The notes: generated by a model from the sequence alone, not told the origin. Shown: positions 40,302 through 50,600, counted from the first letter of the stretch. The stretch: 64,000 bases of DNA from an uncultured delta proteobacterium (GCA_963706575.1 CAVPNL010000013.1:32001-96000), one strand, 5' to 3'. Numbers and translations are program-made.

Positions 40302-42406
40302 ATGAAAGAATCGGTATTCAGTATTTGCGGAATGTGCACGGTCAGATGCCCCATTCAAGTCGAGGTTGAAGACGGGGTTGTCAAATGGATTGAAGGCAAC
40401 CCCCAGGATCCGGGTATGGCCGGACGCCTGTGTGCCAAAGGCTCCGCCGGCCTTGCCATGCTTTATGACTACGAAAGACCCCAGCACCCCATGATCAGAG
40501 AAGGCAAGCGCGGAGAAGGCAAATGGAAAAAGGCCACCTGGGATGAAGCCCTGGACTATATCGCCAAAAAATTGAAAGCCATCATCAAAAAGGATGGTGC
40601 CAGGAGCAATTGCGCTGAGTGATCGCGGCGGACCGTTTCGCGATATCCACCGCAGTTTTCTGAGGGCCATCGGTTCGCCCAACTACTTCAACCACGATTG
40701 CACCTGTGCACGCAACGTTCAGCATGCCGCCCTGTCGCTTTTTGGCTCCGGCCGCAAGACCTTTAATTATGATTACGGCAACTGCAAGCATCTGGTTCTA
40801 TACGGCCGCAATGTATTTGAGTCCTCTGCGGGTCAAAGCAGGCCGGTAAAATTATGGACATGCTCGATAAGGGCGGAAAAATTACCTACATCGACCCGCG
40901 GGCAGCCGGCACCGCCATGAAGGCCACCCGATACTGGGCGATTCGCCCGGGCACGGACTATGCCCTCAACCTGGGAATTATCCACACGGTGCTGCGCGGA
41001 CAAGCTCTATGATGCCGAATTCGTCAGACAGTGGGTGTTGGGATTAAAAGAGCTGGAATCATTTGTGTCTCCTACACACCGGAGTGGGCCGCTCAGGAAA
41101 CCGGAATTCCGGCCAGATGAAATCATTGCATTTGCGCATGAAATCGCCGAGGATCGACCGGCGGTCATTTTCCATCCGGGCTGGATGGTGGCCCGATATA
41201 CCGGATTCGTTTTACGCAATCCGATCGATCTATATCTCTGAACGCTCTGATGGGTGCATTCGAATCGCCCGGCGCGACTCTTTTTCCAGAAGGGCCCCGG
41301 GGATGTCGGAGAAAAGGGCCTGAAATCCCTGATGGATACCATCCCCAAGCCCGAAGAAAAACGGGTGGACGGATGCGGCTGGAAATACAAGCATTTCGAA
41401 GCCGGACCGGGATTGTTGCATTTGATGTATCAGGCAATTTTGAGCAAAGAACCCTATCCCATTAAAGCCTATATCGCTTTTCGACATGACCCCTTGCTGT
41501 CGTTGCCGGACCCGGAAGCCCAGAAGAAAGTATTCGATAAACTGGATCTGCTGGTCTCGATAGACGCTAATTACAGCGAGACGGCCTGGTATGCCGACGT
41601 GCTGCTGCCGTCGGCGACCTATCTGGAAAAATCAAGCGTTTTATCAACCGGTAAGGGCCTCAAACCCCAGTTTCAGATGCGGCAAAAGGCGGTGGATCCC
41701 CGTAACGAGGCCAAACCCGACTGGTGGATTTTCAAATCATTGGCCGAGCGCCTCGGGGTCGGTAAATATTTTAAATTCAGCGATATCGAAGAGTTCTGGG
41801 AATGGCAGCTGGAAGGCACTGGCGTCTCGGTGACAGATCTGGAAAAAAAGGGATCCGTCGCCCTGACCGATAAGCCCGTCTGGTGGGATCGCCTGCAAAG
41901 ATCTTAAATTCAAAACGCCTTCGGAAAAAATTGAATTTGTGTCCAGCCGCCTGGCCGAAAGCGACATCGAATCGTTCAAACCCTATGAGCGCCCGAAACA
42001 ACCGGAGCCGGGATATTTTCGACTGGCATTCGGCAGAAGCCCGGTCCATACCCACGGCCGCACTCAGAACAACCCGGTCCTCAGCGAAATCATGCCCGAA
42101 AATTCATTATGGATCAATGTTGATGAGGCTGCTAAACTGGAAATCTCCGATGGTGACCGGGTTCAGGTCACATCTTCCGACGGCAGCCACAGCGGCACCA
42201 TAAAGGCCTTTGTTACCGAATTTATCCATCCGGAGTCGGTGTTCATGGTCCATGGTTTTGGCCGCAAGGTCCCTTGGCAGACCCGCGGGTACAACAAAGG
42301 GCTGGGTGATTATCGCTTTGAAACTGGCCTGCTGGATGTTTATGACCCGGTCGGCGGCGCCATCGCGCTGATGGAGTGTTTCGTTAAAGTTGAAAAAGTC
42401 TCATAA
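40302..42406 (+). CDS. Molybdopterin oxidoreductase catalytic subunit (PsrA/PhsA-like, no Tat signal), broken by about 10 single-base indels
   Basis: CGMCTVRC..LCAKG FeS motif, NHDCTC, IDPR, IRPGTD, ADVLLPSATYLEK, C-terminal HTHGRTQNN..WIN..A..I.DGD; pieces recoverable across ORFs 40095, 40594, 40960, 41063, 41250, 41254 and 41939. Confidence 0.88.
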
Positions 42407-42431
42407 CAGAAATGGAATCGGAGGAATATCC

Positions 42432-42935
42432 ATGAGCAAATATTACATCTACCAGGATACCCGGCGATGCATCGGGTGCTTCAGCTGCGAGTCCCATTGC
42501 AAAATGAAAAACAATCTGCCGATCGGGCCGCGTCTAACCCAGATTGTTTCGGTCGGTCCTAAAAAAGTCAACAATTTGCCCCGTATGGCCTGGGTGTTCA
42601 TGCCGTGCTTCCACTGCCAGGATCCGTGGTGTGTGTCGGCCTGCCCGACCGGGGCCATGCAGAAACGGCCAAAGGATGGCATCGTATTTGTCGAATCCGA
42701 ACTGTGTGTGGGCTGCAAGGCCTGCATTACCGCCTGTCCCTGGGGGACACCGCAATGGAATCCGCAGACGGGTAAAGCCGTTAAATGCGATTATTGTATG
42801 GACCGCGTTGACCAGGGTTTGCAACCGGCCTGCGTCACCAAATGCATCACCAAATGCCTTCATTTCGGTGAACCGTCAATTAAATCTAAGAGCCGGAGAG
42901 AACGACACGCTCAGCAGGTTGCCGATTTTGACTAA
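42432..42935 (+). CDS. 4Fe-4S dicluster electron-transfer subunit (PsrB/DmsB-like)
   Basis: CIGCFSCESHC, CFHCQDPWCVSACP, CVGCKACITACP, CDYC..PACVTKC; RBS GGAGG. Confidence 0.93.
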   Translation: MSKYYIYQDTRRCIGCFSCESHCKMKNNLPIGPRLTQIVSVGPKKVNNLPRMAWVFMPCFHCQDPWCVSACPTGAMQKRPKDGIVFVESELCVGCKACITACPWGTPQWNPQTGKAVKCDYCMDRVDQGLQPACVTKCITKCLHFGEPSIKSKSRRERHAQQVADFD

Positions 42936-43022
42936 AACCGAAACAATTCATTTGGATGAATCGCATCTGCGTTGAATTTAGGGATCAGCTAATAGCGCAT
43001 TTTCGGCATAGGAGAGGAAAAA

Positions 43023-45179
43023 ATGCCCGCTCAGATCTGCCCGGTTCACCAGACCGTCACAACGCTCGGTGAAATGATCAACGCCGGCCGGTTGAAAACC
43101 CCCCGCAATCGTTGGACAGTAGAAGAAATACGAACACTTTTCAATGATATTGCCTGGGGCAATGCCGGCGCCGAGCATCTACCGGCGGTAGAGGCCAAAT
43201 TGCAGCAATTAAAATCAGAGTGCGCCGATGACGCCTGTCGTGAAGTTGCCGATTTTATCGAATCAGCGGTTTCCCAAAATCGGGAAGTTTTCACCAGTCA
43301 TATCGATACCCACAACTGCCCCACGGGCGAATGTGTGAAACTCGCACCGGCGCCCTGCCAGATGACCTGTCCCGCCGGGCTGGATATCCCCACCTATGTC
43401 ACCCTGATTGGCTTGGGCCGAGATGCCGAAGCCATCGATGTCATTCGCAAAGATTGCCCTTTCCCCTGGGTCTGCGGGCTGGTTTGTACCCGCCCCTGTG
43501 AGTTTATGTGTGTGCGAGGCCGCATCGACACGTCGATCGCCATTAAAAACCTCAAAGGCTTCGCGGCCGAGCGGGCCATGTCGGAAGGCAGTTATCGGAA
43601 TCCTTCAAGGGAGCCCGCCAAAAACAAAAAGGTGGGGGTGATCGGCGCCGGGCCCGCAGGGCTGAGCGCTGCCTATTATCTGGCACTGAAAGGTTATGGT
43701 GTCCGCGTTATCGAACAGCACCCGGTGGCCGGGGGTATGCTGTTGCTGGGCATTCCCCGCTATCGGTTGCCGCGCGAAATCATCGACCGTGAAGTCGAAA
43801 TGCTGCGAAACCTGGGGGTCGAATTCAGCTTTGACACACGTTTTGGAACCGACATCACATTTGATCAATTAAAAGCGGAAGGCTTTGCAGCCTTTTTCTT
43901 TGCAATCGGCGCGCATCTGTCATTTCAATTGAACATTCCCGGTGAGAAGGATTTTTCACAGGTGATTGAGGCGGTCGATTTTTTACGGCAGGTGGCCCTG
44001 GGCGATCGCCACCCCCCCGGAAAAAAAGTCATCGTTATCGGCGGCGGCAATGTGGCCATTGATGCTGCCCGGACCTGTTTGCGCCTGGGCTGCGAATCCG
44101 TAGTCCTGGCGTACCGGCGAACAAGGGCGGAAATGCCGGCCGACATAGAGGAGATTGAGCAGGCGGAAGAAGAAGGTGCCCGATTCGAATTTTTAAACAT
44201 TCCTTTAGAGATTGTTGGCAGCCAGGGCCGGCTTGAAGGTCTCAAATGCCTGCGGGCCAAATTGGTGAGCATCGAGGGACAGGACCGTAAATTTCCAAAA
44301 GCCATCGATGGCAGTGATTTTGTCATCAAAGCCGATGCGGTGATTCCGGCCATCGGCCAGCAGGTGGATGCCGCCAGTCTGGAATCTGTGGCCGGACTGG
44401 ATTGGACCCGTCGCAAAACCATTCAGATCAATACGGTCACCACCGAAACCGGCGTAGCGGGTATTTTTGCAGCCGGTGACGCCGCTACCGGACCGGCCAC
44501 GGTCATCGAAGCCATCGGCGGCGGCAAGCGGGCGGCAGAATCCATACACCGCTATCTGTCCGGAATACCCCAGCCAAAAATGCCGCCGGTCCCCAGCCGC
44601 CGGGGACGAATCGAATGGTTGAAGGTGCCCGCTACCACAAAAATGACCCTGAAGCGACCCGATATGCCATTGCTCAATATCGACCGGCGACGGACGACGT
44701 TTCAGCAGGTCGAGTTGGGCTACTCGGAAAACATGGCACGGGAGGAAGCACGCCGCTGTTTGCGTTGTGATATCTGTCTGCGCTGCGGGAAATGTGTCGA
44801 GATCTGCCGCGATAAAATGGGGGTGGATGCGCTGCAAATGGGTTATTTTGACTTTGACCATCCGGTCGCAACAGATTATAGAGTCACCGAAGAACGCTGT
44901 ATTCTGTGTGGTGCCTGTGCCACCAATTGTCCCACCGGTGCCATGAAAATGGAAGATAGAGATGATGAACGGGTATTGTCGCTTTGCGGCACGATCCTCA
45001 ATCGCCAAAAACTGCTGCACTGTGAGATGTGCGGAACCGTTTTGGGACCGGCACGCTATCTTGATTTTGTTAAAAGCCGCACCCGGGCAGTGGCCCGGGT
45101 AGCTGACGATCGCAATTTGTGCGAAATATGTGCCAGGCGGTCAACCGCCAAATCCAGCGCCGATGATGCACCGGTCTGA
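43023..45179 (+). CDS. FAD/NAD(P)H oxidoreductase (GltD/NfnB/SfrB-like) with NuoF-tail-like N-terminus and C-terminal FeS module
   Basis: HIDTHNCPTGEC, APCQMTCPAG, CGLVCTRPCE, GAGPAG, GGGNVAID..YRR, GDAATGP, CLRCGKCVEIC, CILCGACATNCP. Confidence 0.92.
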   Translation: MPAQICPVHQTVTTLGEMINAGRLKTPRNRWTVEEIRTLFNDIAWGNAGAEHLPAVEAKLQQLKSECADDACREVADFIESAVSQNREVFTSHIDTHNCPTGECVKLAPAPCQMTCPAGLDIPTYVTLIGLGRDAEAIDVIRKDCPFPWVCGLVCTRPCEFMCVRGRIDTSIAIKNLKGFAAERAMSEGSYRNPSREPAKNKKVGVIGAGPAGLSAAYYLALKGYGVRVIEQHPVAGGMLLLGIPRYRLPREIIDREVEMLRNLGVEFSFDTRFGTDITFDQLKAEGFAAFFFAIGAHLSFQLNIPGEKDFSQVIEAVDFLRQVALGDRHPPGKKVIVIGGGNVAIDAARTCLRLGCESVVLAYRRTRAEMPADIEEIEQAEEEGARFEFLNIPLEIVGSQGRLEGLKCLRAKLVSIEGQDRKFPKAIDGSDFVIKADAVIPAIGQQVDAASLESVAGLDWTRRKTIQINTVTTETGVAGIFAAGDAATGPATVIEAIGGGKRAAESIHRYLSGIPQPKMPPVPSRRGRIEWLKVPATTKMTLKRPDMPLLNIDRRRTTFQQVELGYSENMAREEARRCLRCDICLRCGKCVEICRDKMGVDALQMGYFDFDHPVATDYRVTEERCILCGACATNCPTGAMKMEDRDDERVLSLCGTILNRQKLLHCEMCGTVLGPARYLDFVKSRTRAVARVADDRNLCEICARRSTAKSSADDAPV

Positions 45180-45238
45180 AACCGACAGAACAAATGGTAA
45201 TGCATTAAAGCATTAAAATGAAAGTCAGGGTGAAACAT

Positions 45239-45451
45239 ATGGTTTTTCGTCGCGGTCAAAAAGTCGAAATCTTCAAACGCTCCACTGATGAGAGCTGGGA
45301 AAGCTACATGGATGCATATGTGGGTCTGCACGGTATCATCACCGACCCGGACAGCACCATAAATGACCCGGATGCCCTCGTGGAAGTGAGTTTGGAGGGC
45401 AAGGGCACCCACCGTTTTCCGCAGGATTGCATTCGGCTGCTGGAGGACTGA
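45239..45451 (+). CDS. Small hypothetical protein (SH3-like beta barrel possible)
   Basis: MVFRRGQKVEI..YVGLHGIIT..VEVSL..HRFP; lies inside the operon. Confidence 0.65.
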   Translation: MVFRRGQKVEIFKRSTDESWESYMDAYVGLHGIITDPDSTINDPDALVEVSLEGKGTHRFPQDCIRLLED

Positions 45452-45499
45452 CAAAGGACTTTTGGCAAATACCCGATTGAATTTACAAGCACAAGGTCC

Positions 45500-45949
45500 A
45501 TGAAAGTACATGAATTGTTGCCTCTAAAATCTCGCCCGGTTTACACGCTTAGCAGTGATCAAACCGTCGATGATGCCATCAATCTAATGACGGCAAAAAA
45601 GGCAGGTGCCTTGATCGTCACCGAAGCCGATCATCCGGTGGGCATATTCGCGGAAAGGGATGTCTTCCGGGCTCACATTCGAGACAAAACCGCTGCGTTT
45701 ACGGATATTAAGCTGAAAGATGCGATGAGTCCTAAATTGTTGATGGCCAAAATGGAAGACGAGGTCGGCAGCGTCATGTCCATGATGATTCAGGCCAATA
45801 TCAAGCACATGCCGGTTATCGCAGAAAATCAAATCGTTGGCATGCTGACACTTCCGGATCTTATCGAACACCAGTTCGATATGCTCACGGAAGAGCTTCA
45901 TCATCTTCGAGAATACATTGAGGATCTGCATCATGCCGGGCGCGATTGA
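45500..45949 (+). CDS. CBS domain pair protein
   Basis: TVDDAINLM..GAL.V, VGIFAERD, IKHMPV..VGMLT..DL. Confidence 0.92.
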   Translation: MKVHELLPLKSRPVYTLSSDQTVDDAINLMTAKKAGALIVTEADHPVGIFAERDVFRAHIRDKTAAFTDIKLKDAMSPKLLMAKMEDEVGSVMSMMIQANIKHMPVIAENQIVGMLTLPDLIEHQFDMLTEELHHLREYIEDLHHAGRD

Positions 45950-46035
45950 CCGGTCGCCTCGCTTCTGCTGTGAACGCCGGTGGATACCCGCAACCCGCAG
46001 CTGCCTGCTGCCTTTTTTCGCATGAGGATCAAAAC

Positions 46036-46797
46036 ATGATCAAGATCATAATCGATGGACGCGAATATGAGGCTGAAAAGGACATAAGCGTCCTGGAAAT
46101 CGCCAGAATCAACCATATCCCCATTCCCACCCTGTGCTTCCATCCGTCCCTCAGACCCTCGGGATCCTGCAGATTATGCGCTGTGGAGGTGCCGGGAAGA
46201 GCGACGGGCCGGCAGATAACCATGTTATCCTGCATTCTGAAGGTAAAAGATGGCTTGGTCGTGAAGACTCAGGGGGAGGCGGTTCGGCGCGCCCGCAGCC
46301 GGGCGTTTCGAAATCTGTTGAATATGGCGCCTCAGGCCAAACGCATTATCGATCTGGCAAAAGCCTACGATATTGACCCGGGTCCGCCGCCGGACGGTTG
46401 CGTGCGCTGCCGTCTGTGTATCCGGGTGTGTAAAGAAATTGTGGGGCCCGCTGCGCTGAAAATGGAAAAACGCGACGGGCTCAATTTTGTCGTCCCCGTC
46501 GAGGGCCGCTGCATCGGCTGTATGACCTGTGCCAATATTTGCCCCACCGATGTGATCAGCGCGGTTGATTCCGAAAATGTCAGAACCATATCGATTCGGG
46601 ATGAAATCATCGGTAAACATCCGCTGGAACGCTGTGAAGGCTGCGGCAAACTGTTCGCGACCCCGAAGTTTTTAGAACATATCCACAAGCGCACCGCCAC
46701 TCACATCGACACCAAATCTCACCATACATATTGCCCCACCTGCACCAAACTGTTTTCAGACCGCGTCGAGACGTTTAAAAAAAGACCCGGTAAATAA
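46036..46797 (+). CDS. 2Fe-2S / 4Fe-4S protein (NuoG/HydA N-terminal-like)
   Basis: IPTLCFHP..GSCRLCAVE..LSC, CVRCRLCIRVC, CIGCMTCANICP, CEGCG..CPTC; RBS GAGGA. Confidence 0.9.
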   Translation: MIKIIIDGREYEAEKDISVLEIARINHIPIPTLCFHPSLRPSGSCRLCAVEVPGRATGRQITMLSCILKVKDGLVVKTQGEAVRRARSRAFRNLLNMAPQAKRIIDLAKAYDIDPGPPPDGCVRCRLCIRVCKEIVGPAALKMEKRDGLNFVVPVEGRCIGCMTCANICPTDVISAVDSENVRTISIRDEIIGKHPLERCEGCGKLFATPKFLEHIHKRTATHIDTKSHHTYCPTCTKLFSDRVETFKKRPGK

Positions 46798-46820
46798 TCG
46801 AGGAGTCGGGGTGTTTTCCC

Positions 46821-46918
46821 GTCATGCCCGCGTAAGCGGTCATCCAGCCTTCGTCCCCGCGCATGCGGAGATCCAAAACAAAAAAACATTTCTGGATTCC
46901 CGCCTGCGCGGGAATGAC
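46821..46918. repeat. GTCAT(G/T)CCCGC-type REP-like inverted pair after the oxidoreductase operon
   Basis: GTCATGCCCGCGTAAGCGGTCATCCAG ... CTGGATTCCCGCCTGCGCGGGAATGAC; single copy at 59255-59282. Confidence 0.75.
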
Positions 46919-47090
46919 AAGTCTTGAATAAAAAACACTCCGACCCATCAAATAATCATCGGGTGAGAACATCTTTCAGTTTCAAACAGGCCCTTATCGC
47001 CGCAACCCTTTTCATCGGGCTTTGAATGGTTACATTGATCGTATTGACTCAATTTCCGAACTGCTGTTTCCAAGAAAGATAATTGTGAAG

Positions 47091-48449
47091 ATGAACCCGG
47101 CTGAAGCGAATTTGCAAATCGATAACAAAGAAAGCAATCAATACGCCATCCCGCATCCGACATTCGGGGAGGCGTTCAGATTCTGGGTAAAGCTCGGCTT
47201 TATCAGCTTTGGCGGACCGGCCGGACAGATCTCGATCATGCATCACGAACTGGTGGATCAAAAAAAGTGGGTCAGCAACGAACGTTTTCTCAATGCGTTG
47301 AACTATTGTATGCTGCTGCCCGGCCCCGAAGCCCAGCAACTGGCCACATACATCGGCTGGCTGCTGCACAGGCTCCCCGGCGGTATTATCGCCGGCGCAT
47401 TTTTCGTTATTCCATCCATCTTTATCCTGTTCGCTCTAAGCTACACCTATGCCGCATTCGGCACGATTCCCTGGGTGGCCTCTGTGTTCAGCGGGTTGAA
47501 AGCGGCCATCATGGCAATCGTCGTATCGGCGGTGATCAAGATCGGCAAAAAGGCCCTCAAGAACAGTGTCATGGTAGGCATTGCCGCCCTTTCGTTTATT
47601 GCGATTTTTTTTCTCAAGGTCCCATTTCCGCTGATCGTTCTGGGCGCCGGCCTCCTTGGTCTGGTCGGCCGTTATGCCATACCGGCAAAATTTGATGCCA
47701 TCAAAGGCAAGGATGCTCGCGATTTCGATTCAGGTTATGTGCAGATTTGCGAAGATACTGAGGTGTGTCACATCAATCCGTCCACCAAAAGAAATATTAT
47801 TCTCATCGCCGTATTTGTTCTGCTGTGGTTGGCGCCGGTGATGATGCTTTATGTCTTTCTGCCGCATCGTGTTTTTTACACCGAAGCGCTGTTTTTTACC
47901 AAGGCTGCTTTTTTAACTTTCGGGGGCGCCTATGCCGTTCTGGCTTACATCGCCCAGGCAGGGGTCGAACAGTATGCCTGGCTGACGGGCCCACAGATGA
48001 TCGACGGTTTGGGACTGGCCGAAACCACTCCCGGCCCCCTGATTATGGTCGTTCAGTTTGTCGGTTTTATGGCCGGATGGAATCATCCTGCAGGCTGGAG
48101 CCCGGTTGTCGGGGGGGTGGTCGGTTCACTGGTCGCCACTTACTTTACCTTTCTGCCGTGCTTTCTGCTTATTTTTCTGGGTGGTCCATATATCGAAAAA
48201 TTTCGTGACAATGCCACCCTGTCCGCTGCCCTTTCCAGCATCACCGCCGCCGTGGTCGGTGTCGTTCTCAATCTGGCGGTTTGGTTCGGGCTCCAGGTGC
48301 TCATGCCTGCCGATGCAGGCTTCAACTGGTTTGCCGCCGCCATCGGATTGGCTGCCTTTGCATCGATACAGTGGCTTAAGGTTGGCATGACGACGGTCAT
48401 CGCAGCCGCGGGTATAATCGGATTCATCTGGTATCAGTTAATTTTTTAA
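47091..48449 (+). CDS. chrA: Chromate efflux transporter (long-chain CHR)
   Basis: LGFISFGGPAGQI, LLPGPEAQQL, TFGGAYAVL, AETTPGPLI. Confidence 0.93.
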   Translation: MNPAEANLQIDNKESNQYAIPHPTFGEAFRFWVKLGFISFGGPAGQISIMHHELVDQKKWVSNERFLNALNYCMLLPGPEAQQLATYIGWLLHRLPGGIIAGAFFVIPSIFILFALSYTYAAFGTIPWVASVFSGLKAAIMAIVVSAVIKIGKKALKNSVMVGIAALSFIAIFFLKVPFPLIVLGAGLLGLVGRYAIPAKFDAIKGKDARDFDSGYVQICEDTEVCHINPSTKRNIILIAVFVLLWLAPVMMLYVFLPHRVFYTEALFFTKAAFLTFGGAYAVLAYIAQAGVEQYAWLTGPQMIDGLGLAETTPGPLIMVVQFVGFMAGWNHPAGWSPVVGGVVGSLVATYFTFLPCFLLIFLGGPYIEKFRDNATLSAALSSITAAVVGVVLNLAVWFGLQVLMPADAGFNWFAAAIGLAAFASIQWLKVGMTTVIAAAGIIGFIWYQLIF

Positions 48450-48471
48450 CCGTCGCTTCCAAATAGCCGCC

Positions 48472-48855
48472 TTACGCTTTTTCAACCCGGGCAGCAATGG
48501 ATCCACCCATTTCTCCGAGTGCCATCCAGTCTCCTTGAACATTCCCAACGGTTAAAATGGGAACCGCCGCCTCGGGGGCATCACCGCTGCTGGCCGGCGT
48601 GGGGCCGAAAAACAGGCAGAACCACTGGTTGGGTGCATGCCAGCCCAAATCACCAACATTCATGACCGTGCCCTTCTCACCGGGATGGTCCCCGAAATCC
48701 ACCGTTGGCGGCCCGTAATACTCATCCCCCCAGCGACTGCCGCTCCATTCGAATGGCAGTGCGTCGGCCGCCGCTTTTCCGGCGGGCGTATCGTTAAACT
48801 CTCCTTTGAGCTCGAGATCACCGATTTTAACAATGATGGGTGTGGGCATTTGCAT
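48472..48855 (-). CDS. Cyclophilin-like fold protein
   Basis: LP..SRWGDEYY, VGDLGW, CLFFGPTP; RBS AAAGGAG. Confidence 0.85.
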   Translation of the reverse strand: MQMPTPIIVKIGDLELKGEFNDTPAGKAAADALPFEWSGSRWGDEYYGPPTVDFGDHPGEKGTVMNVGDLGWHAPNQWFCLFFGPTPASSGDAPEAAVPILTVGNVQGDWMALGEMGGSIAARVEKA

Positions 48856-48945
48856 GTTTCTCCTTTCTGCTCTGTAAGCAAATTCCTATAATATCCCTCG
48901 ACTATTGTAAAGATTGCGCAGATCTTGCCTTAATTCAAAATTCCC

Positions 48946-48972
48946 TCAAGAATATTTCGGGAATGCCGATAT
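48946..48972 (+). promoter_or_regulatory. Sigma-28 (FliA)-type promoter
   Basis: TCAA-N15-GCCGATAT. Confidence 0.6.
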
Positions 48973-49205
48973 TTAGGGATGCAGGAGCAGTCACCTTTTA
49001 AGAAAGATCCCGCAGACAAGATATAAAACCAGGAGACCCCATATGAATCGTAGTTGTCGAAAAGGGCTCATCGCGGCCTTGACCATTCCGGACAGTTAAA
49101 GAAAAAGAAATCTAAAAAATGGGTCAAAGCAAAATAAAAAAGCCGTCACTAATATGGATTTGCCGAAGGCTATCCGTAACAGCAAAATTAATCAGGTGAA
49201 AAATA

Positions 49206-49448
49206 ATGGAAACCATCGAAATAAAATCCGTCAAATCCTGGAAACGGGATGTTATCGAGTATTTTGAGGACCTAAAATTTATTTGCAGTGATTACAATCG
49301 CACGATTTTAAGATATCTGGGCAAATTAAACCGCCTGCTGCATGAAGAACGCATTGACCAGTCCGAATATGATGACCTCAAAAAAAGCCTGCTGAAAGCC
49401 TCAGAAGCGATCAATGATGTCCCGCGGACCATCCTCGACATAAGGTAG
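49206..49448 (+). CDS. Small hypothetical helical protein (80 aa)
   Basis: RBS AGGTG; amphipathic composition. Confidence 0.65.
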   Translation: METIEIKSVKSWKRDVIEYFEDLKFICSDYNRTILRYLGKLNRLLHEERIDQSEYDDLKKSLLKASEAINDVPRTILDIR

Positions 49449-49660
49449 GGTTCGGGATTCAGAGGTTCACTGTTCTGGGTTTTGGATATTACCGGATTTA
49501 ACATACTGTTGCATTAGTTGCATTAGTTTCATTTGTTTTATTGGTTAAATTTTGACCAATCGAACCAATGGAACCAATCAAACCAATTAAACAAAAAATA
49601 ATTTGCCTGAAACCTAAAATCCGAACCTTTAAATTTTTGAACCTTTGAACCCTGAACCTG
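49449..49660. repeat. Nested inverted arrays: outer GGTTC/GAACC heptamers, inner 9-nt GTTGCATTA/AACCAAT units
   Basis: GGTTCGGGATTCAGAGGTTC ... GTTGCATTAGTTGCATTAGTTTCATTTG ... AACCAATGGAACCAATCAAACCAATTAAAC ... TGAACCTTTGAACCCTGAACC. Confidence 0.75.
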
Positions 49661-49667
49661 TTGCCAC

Positions 49668-50600
49668 TTAGATCTCTTTCCGAATCGGATACACCGGTGC
49701 TTCTTTGCGGGGTTTCAGATGCACAACCAGAATGCCCGCCACAATTAACGCCAGGGCAATCAGAATCTTCGAGGTAATCGGTTCCCCCAGCACCAGCCCA
49801 CCCAGAGCGACCCCGGCGATCGGCATAATAAAAATAAATGAATGCAGGGCCACCGCCCCATATTTTTGAAGCAAGGTATTCCAGGCCACAAACCCGAAAG
49901 CTGCCGTCACCAGACTCTGATATAAAACTGCGCCGATAACCTGAAGATTGAGTTTATATATCATCGGTCTATCCCACAAAAGGGCTTCCACAAAAAAAAT
50001 AGGGACCGCAAAAACCATGGAATAGAGGGTTATATGCACCGCGCTAAAGGCACTGATGATTCGTTTCAGGTAAATTACACTGCATGCCCAGATAACGGTG
50101 GCTGAAAGGATAATGAGATCCCCTGCTCTGAAATCCGCCGTCACCCCTTTCTTTTCGGCGAACATGAAAGCCACCCCGCTGAAACCCAAAAGGATACCAA
50201 AAAATTTCCATCGGGTAATTCGATCACCGGGTATAAAAAAATGGGCGAGGAACAGAACCCAAAACGGAAGTAGATTGGCGATCAACGTACCGCGAGATGC
50301 ATTGGATTTACTGAGTCCGAGATAGAACAGGGACAGCTGGACTACAAAAAGTGCCGCCAGGATCAGGAGCTGATAAAACTGGCCTTTTTTAAACGCCAGG
50401 GATTGCCCGGTGGCTCTGGCCCATATATAAATGGCAAGGGATGCAATACTGAACCGAATTGCCGCGGTCGTGAAAACACCCACGCCGCAAAAGGCCAATT
50501 TGATCGCCACCGCATTGGCACCAAATAAAATGCATAAAAATGCCGACAAAATGCCGGCAAGAAAAGAAAATTCCGGGTTATCGCTTTTCGGTTTGTTCAT
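49668..50600 (-). CDS. DMT/EamA family transporter
   Basis: About 10 TM; GANAVAIK, GDLIIL, LVLGEPIT; 8 nt downstream of kbl. Confidence 0.9.
   Translation of the reverse strand: MNKPKSDNPEFSFLAGILSAFLCILFGANAVAIKLAFCGVGVFTTAAIRFSIASLAIYIWARATGQSLAFKKGQFYQLLILAALFVVQLSLFYLGLSKSNASRGTLIANLLPFWVLFLAHFFIPGDRITRWKFFGILLGFSGVAFMFAEKKGVTADFRAGDLIILSATVIWACSVIYLKRIISAFSAVHITLYSMVFAVPIFFVEALLWDRPMIYKLNLQVIGAVLYQSLVTAAFGFVAWNTLLQKYGAVALHSFIFIMPIAGVALGGLVLGEPITSKILIALALIVAGILVVHLKPRKEAPVYPIRKEI

Noticed and set aside
40620..40622. TGA in the Mo-enzyme gene as selenocysteine
   Set aside because: It lies in the wrong frame after an indel near 40604; the repaired frame reads AIALSDRGG and the likely Mo ligand is Cys (NHDCTC)
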